From Geosiphon pyriformis uo1 (Eukaryota; Fungi; Glomeromycota): DNA of 27,085 nucleotides. A model generated the notes under the pieces. It was given only the letters and a program-made list of their open reading frames with translations, was not told where the DNA came from and did no database searches. The stretch covers positions 1,299,381-1,326,465 of the forward strand of contig JAAOMT010000226.1 in the NCBI GenBank assembly GCA_016748015.1. The letters run 5' to 3'. A program made the translations under genes and the position numbers. Below, in pieces: positions 23,560 to 27,085 of this stretch (position 1 is its first letter; each line of letters begins with the position of its first letter).

Positions 23560-26500
23560 ATAAATTCACAGAAACAGAGCACCTCAGAGATACACAAAAG
23601 TGACAACTATTAGAACAATAGGAAAGGACCACTCCTTATACGGAAGAGCACTATTTCAATACTTTCGAAAAGATCTAAGAATACCAGCAGAAACCATCAT
23701 CACAGAAAGTGATTTTTGCAACTATATCAACACAAAAATCAACTGCTTGTTAGGCTGCACAACTAATATAGGAAAACTTGGAGAACAAATCTATTAAAGC
23801 TTACTAGGGTACTCAACAACTACTACTACTTGAACAATTACTGAAACTCTATGCATAGTCAATATAGACATTAAACACTATGTGACACAATGGTTCCCTT
23901 AAGTACAACAACCAATAGAATCTGATCTGGAGAAATACAAGTACAAATTCAATAATTCTACAACTGCCCAAGACAAGTCCATGGTCAACAAAAAACCAAG
24001 ATTCCTCTTCTCAACAATCTTTTCATATCATCAGACATTCCAAAGTAGAATTGTATTTAACCCATCTCTGGAAACCCAGTCGGAAACACCACAAACTCCT
24101 AGAAATTCACACTCTTGGGGTCAACACAGTTGGACCAAATCACTAAGAGAATACAGATCACTGTTTGGAAATCTTATCCCAACAGCCAGTCAAACAGAAA
24201 GAAACATGTCAACTCGGGAACAACTACCAGCATAAAACCCAACAGAATCAGCATCTTTTTTGATAGAAGAAACAGCTATTTTACAACCTATTGGTTTAAG
24301 CAACAAAGAAAAACAACCAGTATTAGCACCCAGAAAACACTTAAATATGCAGACACCAATTCCCTTAAATGCAACCAGTAACATTCTACCCATCAACCAG
24401 ATTATGACTTACCAAGATATTGCTAAGTTAGAAAAATTCTCAGGGGAAAAAAACAATGCATATTTGTGAATTGTGGAAGCTGAAAAAGCAATCACCACTA
24501 ACAACTAAGATGATGATAGAGTTATTCAAGCACTGCCATTCTTTCTAACTAGAACTGTAAACTCGTGGTATCAAAGCCTTGCAAAAAAACCAACCAACTT
24601 TAACACCTTTAAGCTTGCCTTTCTATAATACTTTTGCAACCCCAATACTTTAATTCAATTGCAGAATCAATTCAGCATAATTAAACAAAAAGATTATGAA
24701 GCAGTAACTACTTATCTTGAATAATTCAATCAAATTTTTTATCAAATATTAGCTATCAAAAAGGACTACTATATCACAGTACAAGTTCTTAATCAATTCA
24801 TTAAAGAATTGTAGAGCAGTATTCTAAGATCTATAAGATCTCGTCATCTGACCAATTTACAAGACGCCATTGTTCTCACTTGTAATTTTGAGTTTGCAGA
24901 ACAAGAAGCAAATCATATCCAAGCTGTTAATTTGGCCATTAATAGAACCTCTAACATTGACACAAAGATAATCCAATTAAGTGAAAAATTAACTCAGAAG
25001 ATTAAGAAATTCTTAGCCAGAACTGTAGGAACTTACCAACTATTACAATGGAAAGAAAATAACAACAACAGCAGATACTTACAGCAACAGAACCATTAGC
25101 AACAACAACAACCTTAGAGATCTGATCCCCACAACTGTTACTACTGCCAGAAACCTGGACATATTGCCTGTAACTGCAGAAAGAAAATAATGAACCAAAA
25201 TCAAGAAACCAATACCAGCAACCAAGATATTAGCAAAACTTGGTATCCCAATATTTCATCTTTTAAAATCAACCACTCCAGTATGCACAACAAGTCCCAT
25301 ATACTCAATCATCACCCCAGAATTATTATTAACTACTACTAATAATACAAGCAATCCTTCACTATCAAACTTCTCCTTTTAGCCAGTCCAGACCTTGAGC
25401 CATAGACTATAATCAGGGATGAAGAAATTCCAACAACAATTAGGCACAAACCAACAGTAGACTGTCCTGACCAATCTTTTGCAGTCCTGCCCAATTTTGA
25501 CTAGTACCAACTGGATACCCGAATCAAGCTTCCTATCTTGGTCTTATGAAAGACCAGAATTTTGATAAATCTACATCTATGGAAGAGAGGAATGTAAAAC
25601 AAATCTCCCAATCTTCTAAACAAACAAAAAGCAATATTTCACCAGCCACTATTATTGAGGACACCACCCTAGCCACCATATTTTTTTTTGACATTAATAA
25701 TTTGAACACCCATAGTCTTTTTAGTGGAGCAGCCATCAATCAGGATAAACTAATAATGACCCTATATACCAATGCCAAAGTTGGAAAAATAGACATTAAA
25801 TTAATTCTGAATAGTAGATCAGCCAGTAACATAAAGCAGCTCATGGACCAATTAAGTTACCAAGTAGACCATACTGCTACTGCTCGGATTATTACAACAG
25901 ATAGAAACACAAAAACTCCAATAGAAGAAATTGACAACTTCTTCTTCAAAATTAATGGAATCTAAATCCCTACCAAAGTACTTGTTATGGAAGCTACTTA
26001 ATATCAAGCTCTGGTAGAAAATAATTGGTTGTTGAAAGCCAATGCTACTCTCAACTGGAATACCCAAAAACTTCAACTCATGTTTAACAGACAGTATGCC
26101 TGAGTTCTAGCTACATGCAGATACTTTAAAACTCAACATATTAAGGAACCCCTTATTAAATTTAAAGACACATCACTACCACTGACCATCAAGATCTATC
26201 AGGTTTTATGGGCAGATGATTATCAAACTAAACTATCTCCACTACCAATCTGGGAAGAAAAAAGAAAAGGCAGAGCCAAAGAAAAATCCCAATTGTCATC
26301 ACTAAGATATGTAACCTCAAACCAAAGAAATCTATTTTACCAACCTTTAAGACTAATATATGTCAATTGTGGAAAGAAGCTATCCATTATGGGTGCATGT
26401 ATTAGAGACAACAAAGAATGGCTCACCACTACCAAATACTACTGCAGACCTTGTTTACTGGAAAGATTTGGATAACCAAAACGATAAAGCAAGTGGGACA

Positions 26501-27085
26501 ACATGCCGTGCTTTGCATGTGGCAAGATTCTGCCCAATAAAAGACTTTGGAATGATATGCCTGGCAGAGGAAAAACATGTGATGAAACTTGTCAGTACAC
26601 CATATTAATCAACAATTGGGTACAAAAAGGAATCCCTATTAAGAATGCTTAGAAACAAGCACTCAATAAGCTGGACAGTTATCCACACAATGATCATGAA
26701 ATCTGAAGAATGACAAGTGCCAAAGCCAAAGATGCCATGTCCAAAAAAATACGAGAAATCAAGGACAACCCTTGAACACCCGAATATAATGGATCTGACT
26801 ATTTTATGGATGATTTTATCATAGATGACTCTGATGTATTTTAGAACTGATATTAAGAATTGGCCCCAATCCAAAAAGAGAAAAAACAGTGGTTAGTTGA
26901 TCTAAATACCAAACTATGCAATTACTGCTTAATTCCTTGCCACTTTTAATACTGTAACAAGTGTGATCTCATGTTCAATTTATCTCCCAGAATCCTATAT
27001 CTAATCACCAAATTACTTGAGCCTGAGGAAGAAGAGAAATTACTTGCCAGGAACATGTTATTTCAAAAGCTGAATCAGACTACCA
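23560..27085 (+). pseudogene. gag-pol polyprotein remnant (gag, zinc knuckle, aspartic protease, Cys-rich region)
   Basis: IAKLEKFSGEKNNAYL*IVEAEKAI..ALPFFLTRTVNSWYQSL (gag); CYYCQKPGHIACNC at 25136-25177; IKLILNSRSASNI (DSG motif mutated to NSR) near 25800. Many stops, few frameshifts. Confidence 0.87.

Larger units (their letters stand above)
22580..27085 (+). mobile_element. Ty3/Gypsy-type LTR retrotransposon, 5' part (LTR, PBS, gag, protease, Cys-rich region); continues beyond the window
   Basis: An LTR-like region ending TGTAACA, a TGG-initiated PBS, a retrotransposon gag domain, a CCHC knuckle and a degenerate DSG protease. Confidence 0.88.

Noticed and set aside
26798-26830. YFMDD as an RT catalytic YxDD
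   Set aside because: Wrong spacing and no flanking RT motifs; it lies in an acidic linker.

Overview
Eukaryotic (fungal) DNA, probably Glomeromycotina/Mucoromycota; the TE proteins resemble those I recall from Geosiphon-type genomes, but the taxon is an inference. The left end (1-~2170, minus strand) holds a spliced gene for a two-RRM protein of the S. pombe Spo5 / RBMS(MSSP) family, whose 3' end runs off the window. From ~2850 to the end is a nested transposon island. It contains a full-length ~6.9 kb APE-RT-RNase H LINE with target-site duplication (12014-18923, -), two 5'-truncated relatives (8422-9887 +; 10141-~11760 -) and the 5' part of a Ty3/Gypsy-type LTR element (~22580-end, +). These sit in ~8-10% GC blocks, parts of which still decode as the same LINE family (3100-4626, 6400-6583) and a Gypsy pol (20390-21930) with nearly every C changed to T and G to A. 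The main finding is this repeat-restricted, graded, double-stranded C:G->T:A hypermutation. Its survivor spectrum (CpG absent, TpC depleted, ApC/ACC/GpC spared, CpA not depleted) differs from Neurospora RIP, making it a candidate undescribed RIP-like genome-defence system.
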